From the NCBI GenBank assembly GCA_963809895.1, contig CAWELD010000003.1, positions 3,328,001 through 3,392,000 of the forward strand: DNA of 64,000 nucleotides, read 5' to 3'. Under the pieces are notes generated by a model. It saw nothing but the letters and a program-made list of their open reading frames with translations, ran no database searches and was not told where the DNA came from. Made by a program: the position numbers and the translations under genes. Origin of the DNA: an uncultured Gemmatimonadales bacterium (GTDB taxonomy: Bacteria; Gemmatimonadota; Gemmatimonadetes; Longimicrobiales; Gaopeijiaceae). Of this stretch, positions 41,201-49,376 are shown piece after piece (position 1 is the first letter of the stretch; the number at the start of each line of letters is the position of its first letter).

Positions 41201-41285
41201 CTTCGGTCCCCCCGACGCCGCCGACCTCGAACGTCTCGAGGCGCTGGAGGCGCGGGTACGGGACATGGGGATGGACGGTTCATGA
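38280..41285 (+). CDS. VPS10/sortilin-like BNR (Asp-box) repeat exported protein
   Basis: Signal peptide; RSIGPAVTGGRI; many SxDGGxTW Asp-boxes; YGGLQDN. Confidence 0.88.
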   Translation: MALRFPFRALAAAFVAAAPFAPGLRPLAAQTPPAISEADLAVLHPRSIGPAVTGGRITDLAVPPGHPSTIYVATASGGIWKSTNRGHTWTPIFDDQAVSTFGDVAIAPSNPDVLYAGTGEQNNRQSTSWGNGVYRSDDGGDTWRHLGLVGTRHVGKIEIHPTNPDIVWVAGMGNLWGEGEERGVFRSTDGGRTWDKVLYVDATTGAVDLAMDPTNPDVLYAAMYQRMRKAWGFNGGGPGSGIYKTTDGGDTWTRLSQGLPDVDMGRIGLAISESNPNIVMALVEAPNEPSGDQGQGGGFGGRGRGGPPNATGTYRSEDAGATWTKVSDQNGRPMYYSELFIHPLDPNLVFTAETNSKRSHDGGRTWEDIAAQPTYDVGVHLDMHAMWLDPDDTEHWLLAGDGGLHETYDGGANYRKINNFPIGQFYAIDVDMRDPYWVYGGLQDNHSWMGPSETRRWGGIVNDDWQEIGFSDGMYQQVDKAGPRYVYSSATQGSYTRVDVISGIKRPIGPTAPDGERYSFDWTSPGMASDHQEGLFYMGGNRLFISRDFGDSFEATEDVSRGIDLSQRSLLGVPYDDFYISANDGVGGFGVITTLDESPLDMTVLWIGTDDGNLKVSRDQGASWTEVSGNVPGLPDETYVSRVVASGAELGTAYATFDGHRNGDFAPYVYRTTDFGATWTPLNAGLPEGSVNVLVEHPDNADVLFLGTEHSAWVSTDGGTHWARLQNVPTTAYDDMVIHPREKDLVMGTHGRSIWILDDTRPLAEWTAAAVTEPAHLFSIDQGTLFRYRKDTSYRAQGEFAGENPPDGVEVSYVLGAGSGPAELVITSPRDEVVRRMLVPSEPGLHRVNWNLRHGDPDSPDTWERFDDPDYARPPRQGPGPFVSPGRYQVTLRARGIERTQAVTVRGDPMLDLTDADYRATEAFGLRVEALNRLLQQAMQGQGRNAPPELQALARDIRMLGGAYGDSGSFNDGNFGPPDAADLERLEALEARVRDMGMDGS

Positions 41286-41764
41286 GACTGCATTCGATGG
41301 GATGGGTGGTGGCAGCGGGCGCAGCGTATGGCGATGGCGGGATGCGGCGAGAACAGAGGGCCTCGACGCTGGACCTTCGGCTCCGCGGCTCCCTGGACGA
41401 CTCGGCGAGCCTCGCGGGTCTGCGGGTCCAGGTGAATGAGGACCTGTTCGACGCCGGGGATTTCGCCGCGGGCGAGAACCCCTCCCTTCACCTCGTCCTG
41501 CCTACGTCGGGTGAAGTCCGGGTGTGGGTCGCTCTCTGGCAGGGCGGTGTGAACGTGTCCGAGGGCTCGGTGAGCTGGGACGTCGGGCGGGACTGGGAGT
41601 GGACGATGGACATCCAACGCTCGTCGGACGACGTGTTCTCCGCCTGCTTCGGCTGCACCGGCTACAGCAGGATACCCATCGCTCCCCAGGCCCAGCAGGA
41701 ACCCGACGAAGCTCTGTGGGTCACCTGGGGTGGCAAGCCCCGGGGTTCGGACATCGTGTTCTGA
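41282..41764 (+). CDS. Hypothetical protein, possibly a lipoprotein with N-terminal sequence errors
   Basis: ATGA-coupled; CFGC motif; an alternative frame at ~41330 reads MAMAGCGE (lipobox-like). Confidence 0.5.
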   Translation: MRLHSMGWVVAAGAAYGDGGMRREQRASTLDLRLRGSLDDSASLAGLRVQVNEDLFDAGDFAAGENPSLHLVLPTSGEVRVWVALWQGGVNVSEGSVSWDVGRDWEWTMDIQRSSDDVFSACFGCTGYSRIPIAPQAQQEPDEALWVTWGGKPRGSDIVF

Positions 41765-41794
41765 CCCCGACACTCCCACCCGACCCTCTCCGCC

Positions 41795-42442
41795 ATGCGT
41801 ACCCTCCCCCACCTCTTCGAGAAGAACCGCGCCTGGGCCGCCAGGGTCAGCGCGGAAGATCCCACCTTCTTCCAGCAGCTCTCCAAGCAGCAGGCGCCCG
41901 AATACCTGTGGATCGGCTGCTCCGACAGCCGCGTGCCCGCGAACCAGATCGTGGGGCTGTTGCCCGGTGAAATGTTCGTGCACCGCAACGTGGCCAACGT
42001 GGTCGTGCACACCGACCTGAACTGCCTGTCCACGATCCAGTACGCGGTGGACGCACTGGAGGTGAGGCACGTCATCGTGTGTGGCCACTACGGCTGCGGC
42101 GGTGTGGGGGCGGCCCTCCGGGGCGACCGGGTTGGCCTGGTGGACAACTGGCTCGGCCACGTGCAGGACGTGCGCGCCAAGCACCGAGAGCAGCTCGACG
42201 CCCTGGACAGCGACACGGCCCGGCACGCGCGGCTGTGCGAGCTGAACGTCATCGAGCAGGTGGTGAACGTGGCGCGGACCACCGTGGTGCGAGACGCGTG
42301 GCGGCGCGACCAGAAGCTCGCCGTGCACGGCTGGATCTACGACCTGGAAGACGGCCTGCTGCGCGACCTGGGCGTGTGCGTGGAGGGCGACCACGACCTG
42401 CCCGCGTGCGAAGAGGCCACCCGTCGCCCCGCGGCGGGATGA
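41795..42442 (+). CDS. can: Beta-class carbonic anhydrase
   Basis: WIGCSDSRVP, VHRNVAN, CGHYGCGGV. Confidence 0.95.
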   Translation: MRTLPHLFEKNRAWAARVSAEDPTFFQQLSKQQAPEYLWIGCSDSRVPANQIVGLLPGEMFVHRNVANVVVHTDLNCLSTIQYAVDALEVRHVIVCGHYGCGGVGAALRGDRVGLVDNWLGHVQDVRAKHREQLDALDSDTARHARLCELNVIEQVVNVARTTVVRDAWRRDQKLAVHGWIYDLEDGLLRDLGVCVEGDHDLPACEEATRRPAAG

Positions 42443-43017
42443 TGGGCACCAATCGACTGGAGGCCTTCAGCGACGGCGTGCTGGCCATCATCATCACCAT
42501 CATGGTGCTGGAGATGGACGTGCCGCACGAGCCCGAGCTCGCCGCGCTCCGCCCCCTCGTCCCCGTGCTCCTCAGCTACCTGCTGAGCTTCGTGTACCTG
42601 GGGATCTACTGGAACAACCACCACCACATGCTCCACGTCACCAGGCGCGTGAGCGGCGGCGTGCTGTGGGCCAACCTCCATCTGCTCTTCTGGCTGTCGC
42701 TGGTCCCCTTCGTCACCGGCTGGATGGGCGAGACCTCCTTCGAGCGGGTCCCCACGGCCTTGTACGGCGTGGTGCTCCTCATGGCCGCCATCGCCTACTG
42801 GATCCTCGTGCGCACCATCGTCAGCGCCGAGGGCCCGGACTCGCTGCTGGGCCGGGCGGTGGGCGGCGATTTCAAAGGCAACATCAGTCCCGTCATCTAC
42901 GCCGTGGCCATCGGCGCCGCCTTCTACCGGCCCTGGATCGCCGACGCGCTCTACGTGCTGGTAGCGCTCATGTGGCTGGTGCCGGACCGGAGGATCGAGC
43001 GGGTGATGGGGGCGTAG
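42439..43017 (+). CDS. TMEM175 family (DUF1211) channel
   Basis: RLEAFSDGVLAIIITIMVL, YWNNHHH; ATGA-coupled to can. Confidence 0.92.
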   Translation: MMGTNRLEAFSDGVLAIIITIMVLEMDVPHEPELAALRPLVPVLLSYLLSFVYLGIYWNNHHHMLHVTRRVSGGVLWANLHLLFWLSLVPFVTGWMGETSFERVPTALYGVVLLMAAIAYWILVRTIVSAEGPDSLLGRAVGGDFKGNISPVIYAVAIGAAFYRPWIADALYVLVALMWLVPDRRIERVMGA

Positions 43018-43029
43018 AGGAGGAGCGCC

Positions 43030-45615
43030 TCATCCGTCGCGCATCAACATAGTTGGGTCCACTTGGGTCGCGCGGCGAGCGGGAATGACGCTGGCGACGA
43101 GGGCCGTGCCCATCAACACGGTGGGCACGAGGGCGTAGGTCGCCAGGTCCAGCGGCCTGACGGCGTACAGCAGTGGGCCCACCCACCGGCCCGCACCGAG
43201 CGCGATCAGGACGCCCAGGCCGCAACCCACGGCGGCGTAGCCGGCGCCCCGACGCACGACGAGCAGGAGCACGTCCCGCGGGTCGGCGCCCATGGCCATG
43301 CGCACGCCCAGCTCCTTGGCCTGCTGCGCGACCTGCACGGCGAGCAGGCCGTACACGCCGAGCGCGGCGAGCAGGAGCCCCACGCCGGCGAAGAGCGAGG
43401 CGAGTCCGGCGATGAACCGCGCCCCGAAGTTGTTGGCGTGCACGACCTGCTCCATGGTTCGCATGTTCGACGGAGCCACATCGGGATTGAGGTCACGTAC
43501 CAGCCTGCGGATGTCGGCGCCAATAGGCCCCGCGCCCTCGCGCGTGCGGACGTGGAGGGTCATGCCGGACAGGTAGTTCTGCGACGAAGGAAAGAAGACG
43601 TAGGGGCGCGGACCGTCGTACACAAAGACGTAGACGCCGTCTCGCACGACTCCGACGACCTCGCGCTCGTTACCACCCGTTCGCAGCGTGCGCCCCACGG
43701 CGGAGCGTCGCGGCCACAGTCGCTCCGCCAAGGTCTCGTTGACGACCGCCACGGGAGGGGAGCCGTCCACATCCCCTTCGTCGAAGAACCGCCCCTCGGC
43801 GAGCTCGATCTTCATGGTGCGGAAGTAGCTCGGGTCGACCACGTTGGTGGCCGCCGAGATCCTCACGTCCGGGTCCCCGTCGGCGGCCGTTGCGTGGACG
43901 CTGGCGTTGGCCCCACCGAGCATGACGAAACGCGCGAGTCCGACAGACTCCGCACCCGGGAGCGCCCGGGTCCGGTCCACGAGGCGGTCGAAGAACCGGC
44001 TCACGGCACTCCTTTCGTAGTCGTAGGCTCCCAGCTCGATCGTCGCGACCGTGACGTGATGCGGGTCGAATCCCAGGGGCACCTCGGCCATCGCCCTCAG
44101 GGAGCGGACCAACAGACCCGCCATCAGCAGGAGGACGGTACACAGCGCGAGCTGCGCCACGACGAAGTTGTTCCGCCGCCCACCCAGCCGTAGTCCGCGC
44201 GCCCCTTCCTTGAGCGTCGTGCTGAGGTCCGTGCGAGCCGAGGACAGGGCCGGTCCCAGGCCGAAGAGGACGCCGGTCATGAGTGTCACGGCGAGACTGA
44301 CCAGCAGCACGCCCGGGGCGGGCCGCAGGTCCACGGTGAGCGTCGCGTCGAGGGGAAACTGGATGTGGGCCAGCCAGCTCGTGCCGAGATAGGCCAGCAG
44401 CACGCCTCCGGCTCCCCCGATCAGCGCCAGAAGGCAACTCTCGGTGAGGAGCTGACGCACCAGGCGCCCGCCGCCGGCCCCTATGGCCAGACGCACGGCG
44501 ATCTCCCTGCGGCGATCGTGGGAGCGGGCGAGCAGCATGCCCCCGACGTTCGCCGCGGCGATGGTCAGCAGCAGCGCGGCGGTGGCCGCGAGGAGGGTGG
44601 CGCCGAGCCTGAGCACCTTCGACAGGTCGCTCCTCCACAGAACGCTCTCGAGGCGAGCTCCCTGGACCGTGGCGTCGTCCGGCGAGGGGATAGCCCGAGC
44701 GAGCTCGGCGAGACGCTCCTCCGCGATGTCGCGGGGCACGTCGGGACGGAGACGAGCCAGAGGCACAAGCCGCACGGCGGCGTCCGAGATCCCGCTCAGC
44801 CGCGTGAAGGCGCGCCACGGAACCCAGACGTCGCCCGTGAACGTGGACATGGTCCCGAGAAAGCCGCCGCCTACGACGCCCACGACGGTGAACGGCCGAC
44901 TGTTGATGGACACGGTGCGGCCGATCACTCCGGGGTCCGCGCCGAAGCGATTCCGCCAGATCCGCTGGCTGAGGACCACCGAGGCCTCGTCGTCGCCCGA
45001 GTACAGCCGCCCGAGCGCAGGCTTCAGCCCCAACAACGTGAAATAGTTCGCCGACGTCACGAAGCCGTTGACCGACGTGGCCCCTTCGTCGGTTCCGATG
45101 GTCACGCGCGTATAGCTGTGGGCCGCCATTCCCGAAAAGAACGCGCTGCTGCCCGCGCGGTAGGCTTCGAATCGGTCGTGCCGGAGCAAGCGCCCTTCCA
45201 CGCTCTCCCACACGTCGCCTGTGCGCAGCTCCCAGACGGAGACGACCCGGTCGGGCTCCGCGATGGGAGGAGGACGGAACAGCACCGCGTGAGCGATGGA
45301 CAAGACCGCGGTGGCGGCACCGATGCCCACGGCGATCGTGGCCGCCGACACCAGCGTCACAGTGGGATTGCGTCGGAGGCCCCGGAGCGCGAAACGAAGG
45401 TCGAGGACGAGATTCTCGACGGGTCGTCCGGAGAGCACGTAGGTGCTCCACATTCCTGCCCCTCGACCGAGATAGATCCAGATGGCGCGGCGTCGACCCA
45501 CGTTGGCCGCGTCCTCGTGGAAGAGCTCCTCCAGGTCGCCGAGCACGAACTCCTTCGACGCGCCGGGCACGAAGATCGATGCGAGCCACCGGGCCCATTT
45601 CGGCGGGGCGTTCAC
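43030..45615 (-). CDS. MacB/FtsX-type duplicated ABC permease (ADOP-like)
   Basis: LDLRFALRGLRRNP, EIAVRLAIGA, ELGVRMAMGA; GTGA-coupled to padR. Confidence 0.92.
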   Translation of the reverse strand: MNAPPKWARWLASIFVPGASKEFVLGDLEELFHEDAANVGRRRAIWIYLGRGAGMWSTYVLSGRPVENLVLDLRFALRGLRRNPTVTLVSAATIAVGIGAATAVLSIAHAVLFRPPPIAEPDRVVSVWELRTGDVWESVEGRLLRHDRFEAYRAGSSAFFSGMAAHSYTRVTIGTDEGATSVNGFVTSANYFTLLGLKPALGRLYSGDDEASVVLSQRIWRNRFGADPGVIGRTVSINSRPFTVVGVVGGGFLGTMSTFTGDVWVPWRAFTRLSGISDAAVRLVPLARLRPDVPRDIAEERLAELARAIPSPDDATVQGARLESVLWRSDLSKVLRLGATLLAATAALLLTIAAANVGGMLLARSHDRRREIAVRLAIGAGGGRLVRQLLTESCLLALIGGAGGVLLAYLGTSWLAHIQFPLDATLTVDLRPAPGVLLVSLAVTLMTGVLFGLGPALSSARTDLSTTLKEGARGLRLGGRRNNFVVAQLALCTVLLLMAGLLVRSLRAMAEVPLGFDPHHVTVATIELGAYDYERSAVSRFFDRLVDRTRALPGAESVGLARFVMLGGANASVHATAADGDPDVRISAATNVVDPSYFRTMKIELAEGRFFDEGDVDGSPPVAVVNETLAERLWPRRSAVGRTLRTGGNEREVVGVVRDGVYVFVYDGPRPYVFFPSSQNYLSGMTLHVRTREGAGPIGADIRRLVRDLNPDVAPSNMRTMEQVVHANNFGARFIAGLASLFAGVGLLLAALGVYGLLAVQVAQQAKELGVRMAMGADPRDVLLLVVRRGAGYAAVGCGLGVLIALGAGRWVGPLLYAVRPLDLATYALVPTVLMGTALVASVIPARRATQVDPTMLMRDG

Positions 45616-45950
45616 GACTCCTCCCAGTGCGCTCGGAGGCGATCGACGATGCCCTCGGCCATCTGGTCGACCTGGCGGTACGACGCTGCGAGCGCCCGTT
45701 CCCCACTCGGCGCCATCCGGTAGTACTTGCGGCGGCGTCCGCCCCGCTTTGGGGTCGCCTCGCCTGTGAAGCTCGTGACGAGCCCACGCTCCCGCAGTCG
45801 CTCCATGATGGTGTAGACCGCGCCTGGGAGCACCCTCCGCCCTGCCCTGTGGGCGAGCTCGGCACGCAGGTCGATTCCCGAGGCTTCTCCGTCCAGTTGG
45901 AGGAGGGCCATCAAGAGAAGTTGTTCCAGCTCGCCGAGAGTCCCACCCAT
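45612..45950 (-). CDS. PadR family transcriptional regulator
   Basis: LGELEQLLLMA..GAVYTIMERL..RGGRRRKYY. Confidence 0.92.
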   Translation of the reverse strand: MGGTLGELEQLLLMALLQLDGEASGIDLRAELAHRAGRRVLPGAVYTIMERLRERGLVTSFTGEATPKRGGRRRKYYRMAPSGERALAASYRQVDQMAEGIVDRLRAHWEES

Positions 45951-45993
45951 GCTGGCCCACTCCGGGGACGGGAAGATGAGGCGAAGAGCAAAA

Positions 45994-46004
45994 ACAACAT
46001 TGTC
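45994..46004 (-). promoter_or_regulatory. GACAATGTTGT motif upstream of the second padR
   Basis: Identical 11-mer at 4786-4796 upstream of the first padR, same orientation relative to the gene. Confidence 0.5.
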
Positions 46005-46141
46005 GGGTTTGTTCACCCGGTCAATGGTCGCGTCGCGGGTCGCCGCTGCGCCTTGGGCGTATCCCCCCCCGATTGCTGCGCGCCTCCTCCCTGCGCACAT
46101 TGCCGCGCCACCCGTCTCGATTCCGCTTCAAGAAGGTCGCC

Positions 46142-47997
46142 GTGCGCCTGCGTATCGCTGTTGCCGTGCTCGCCTCGCTCTCCGTCTCCCTCGCGGCTCC
46201 CATGCCACCCGGGCACAACAAGGCTCGGCGGCCCGCGCTCAGCAGAAGCCGGTATGGCCGGACGAGGGCCCGCCGGTGTGGGCTCCCCGGCCGACCGTTC
46301 CCGAGATCACGGCCAACGACCTGCGCACGCGCCTCTACGGCTTCGCCGACGACTCCATGACGGGCCGCCGGATCGGCGAGCTCGGCAACTACAAGGGCAC
46401 GGCGTACATCGCGGCGGAGTTCGAGCGGATGGGGCTGCAGCCGGCGGGAGAGGGCGGCACCTACTTCCAGGACATGCCCTACGGGCCCGTGGGCTTCGAC
46501 CGGGCGGACTCGCGGTTGTCCATCGACGGCCAGGCCATCACGGCCGGTGACGACTGGATCCCCGTGGCGCCCACGTCGGGCAACGGCTTCGGCGACACCG
46601 CCGACCTGTCGGGGGTGCCGGCCGTGTTCGCGGGCACCTGGGGCGACACCCTGGCCCTCGATCCCGCGCTCTTCAGGGGAAAAGTGGCCGTCTTCGCCGG
46701 GGGCCCCCCGACGCGCTTTCGCGGCTTCGGTGGTCGATCGGGCGGGGCCCCCATGCTTCCGAGCTGTGATTCGGTGCCCGACCGGTTCGGCGCCGAGGCG
46801 GCGGTGGTGGCGGACACTTCGAACGCGGGTGGTCGCAGACGGATGGCTCGCGGAGGCTTCTCGGGCGCCGACGAGACACGCGTCGCTGGACTCGGGGCCG
46901 CGGCCGTCCTCCTCGTGAATCTCGACGAAGGAGCGGGCACTGGCGCCTTCGCCCAGCGGAGTCAGATGCGCCCGGAGGCCACACCGGCCGGCGCGCCACC
47001 GGCTGCGTCGCTCACGCCGGCAGCGGCCGAGCGCATCTTCGGCGGTCCGCTGGATCAGCTCTCCGTGGGTACCCAGGGAAGCGAGGTGTCCGGCCACTGG
47101 GCCTACGCTTTTCACGAGTCGGAGTGGCCGGCGCGCAACGTGATCGCGGTCCTTCCGGGCTCCGATCCAGCCCGCGCCGGCGAGTACGTGCTCATCAGCG
47201 CCCACAACGACCACGTGGGGATCAACAACAACGTGTTCGACCACGACTCGCTCCGGGCCGTGAACACCGTGACCCGGCGGCAGGGCGCCAACGACCCCAT
47301 GTGCCGTCCCAATGCCGAACAGCAGCACACCATCGATTCGCTCATCGCCCGGGCCCGGAGCATCCGACCCCCGCGCAGGGATTCCATCATGAACGGCGCG
47401 GACGACGACGGCTCGGGCACGGTGATCCTGCTGGAGGTCGCGGAGCGCCTGGCCACGGAGCGTCCGGCGCGCTCGGTCGTCTTCGTGTCGCACGAAGGCG
47501 AGGAGGCGGGACTGCTCGGCTCGGAGTGGTTCACCGACCACCCCACCATCCCCCTGGACTCCATCGCCGCGGCGCTCAACATGGACATGGAGGCCAAGGG
47601 GCACGTGGGCCAGGTCCGCTTCGGCGGACCCACCTCCATCCAGATCCTCGGCGCCCGGCGGCTGTCGCGGGAATTCGGCGACGTCATCGACTCCATCAAC
47701 GCCGTGCGGCCGGTGGTCATGGCCATCGACCACACCTGGGACGTGCCCGCGAATCCCATGAATCGCTTCTGCAGGAGCGATCAGGTGAACTACGTGCATC
47801 ACGACGTGCCCGTGGCGTACTTCTCCACCGGCTATTCCCAGGATTATCACCAACCCACCGACGAGCCCCAGTACGCGGACTACGATCACATGGCCACCAT
47901 CGGCGGATTCATCCACGACATCACCATGGCCATCGCCACGCGCAGGGACCGCCCGAAGATCGCCGGACCGGATCCCAACTATCCGAGGTGTCGATAG
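46142..47997 (+). CDS. M28 family metallopeptidase, frameshifted at ~46200
   Basis: SAHNDH, NGADDDGSG, GEEAG, LNMDM, DYHQPTD; signal peptide VRLRIAVAVLASL lies in another frame and is joined by one extra C. Confidence 0.88.
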
Positions 47998-48178
47998 TGA
48001 CACCGGGAGCGACGGCCGCACCCCTCTGACCGCCGTTCAGCCGCTCCCTTCCACCCTTCGCCGATATCCCCCTGGGAGCCCCGCGCTCGCCGCCTCTCCT
48101 TGAAGGCGTGAGCGGCGGGATCGGGGACGCTTCGTGCGCTCCGCTCCCGCCAACCGTACGCGCGAAGGGGGTGACGGC

Positions 48179-49330
48179 ATGGGACGACGGTGGACGGGAC
48201 CACGGTGGAACGCGCTCGCGACTCTGGCGATCCTGACGCTGGCGACGCCGGCGTGCGCCCAGGTGCAGCAGCTTCCGGTGGACGACGGCAACTGGGTCAT
48301 CGAGGGCGATGGCGCGGCGGGTGAGATGGACGGCCGTGCCGCACTCAACCTGAGGTCAGCCGACCTCGAGCGCCGCGGCCTCACCTTCCGCGACGGGACC
48401 GTCGAGTTCGACATGAAGACCGTCGACCGCCGGACCTTCGTGGGCGTGAAGCTGCGCATGGCCGACGACGGCACCTGGGAGGACATCTACTTCCGGCCCC
48501 ACAAGTCCGGCCTGCCCGACGCCATCCAGTACGACCCGGCGTATCGCGGCGTGGGCACCTGGCAGCTCTATCACGGTCCGGAGGCCACCGCGTTCGCGTG
48601 GTACGAGCCCGGCCAGTGGCAGCACGTGCGCATCGAGGTCCGGGGATCCCAGGCCGCCGTCTTCGTAGGGGAATCCGACGAGCCCCAGCTCGTGGTGCCT
48701 CACCTCCGGACCGGCCTCACCTCGGGTGGATTCGGGCTCTGGTCGCTCGAGCCCGGCGCCACCGACAGCGACCCCTGGACGGTCTCGCTGGCCAACATCA
48801 GCGTGCGCCCCGGCCAGACCTCCTACGCCTTCCCCACGCCCGCTGACGAAGAGGTCGCGCCGGGCATCATCCGGCGCTGGGAGCTCGCCGGCTCCCGCTC
48901 CGGCGAGGCCAGCGAGCTCAACGCCCTCCCCGAAGACCTGATGGCGACCGAATGGACCACGGCAGACGCCGAGCCGTCGGGTCTCGTCCCGTTGGACCGC
49001 GAGCTGGCCCGTCCCGCCCAGGGCGCGGCGTTGACCTTCGCTCGCGTGCGCATCCGCGCCGACCGGGCCCGCACCGTGCGCCTGGACCTGGGCTACAGCG
49101 ACGACGCCACGGTCTTTCTCGATGGCAAGCCCATCTTCACCGGCCGCTTCTCGTACAGCTACAACTTCCCGCGCCGCGACGCCCTCATCACGCCGGACCA
49201 GGCCACCGTGCACCTGCCCCTGACACCGGGCGAGCACGACGTGGTGGTGGCGGTCAGCGACGTGTTCGGGGGATGGGGGTTGATGGGGCGCATCCTGGAC
49301 CGGGAGGGCATTCAGGTGCTGCGGCCCTGA
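48179..49330 (+). CDS. Exported protein, DUF1080/concanavalin-like N-domain plus beta-sandwich C-domain
   Basis: Signal peptide; GTVEFDM, WQHVRIEVRGS; LGYSDDATVFLDG. Confidence 0.6.
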   Translation: MGRRWTGPRWNALATLAILTLATPACAQVQQLPVDDGNWVIEGDGAAGEMDGRAALNLRSADLERRGLTFRDGTVEFDMKTVDRRTFVGVKLRMADDGTWEDIYFRPHKSGLPDAIQYDPAYRGVGTWQLYHGPEATAFAWYEPGQWQHVRIEVRGSQAAVFVGESDEPQLVVPHLRTGLTSGGFGLWSLEPGATDSDPWTVSLANISVRPGQTSYAFPTPADEEVAPGIIRRWELAGSRSGEASELNALPEDLMATEWTTADAEPSGLVPLDRELARPAQGAALTFARVRIRADRARTVRLDLGYSDDATVFLDGKPIFTGRFSYSYNFPRRDALITPDQATVHLPLTPGEHDVVVAVSDVFGGWGLMGRILDREGIQVLRP

Positions 49331-49376
49331 CGCTCCGGCATGAAACGGATCACCAGACGACGATGGGGAGGGGTGG

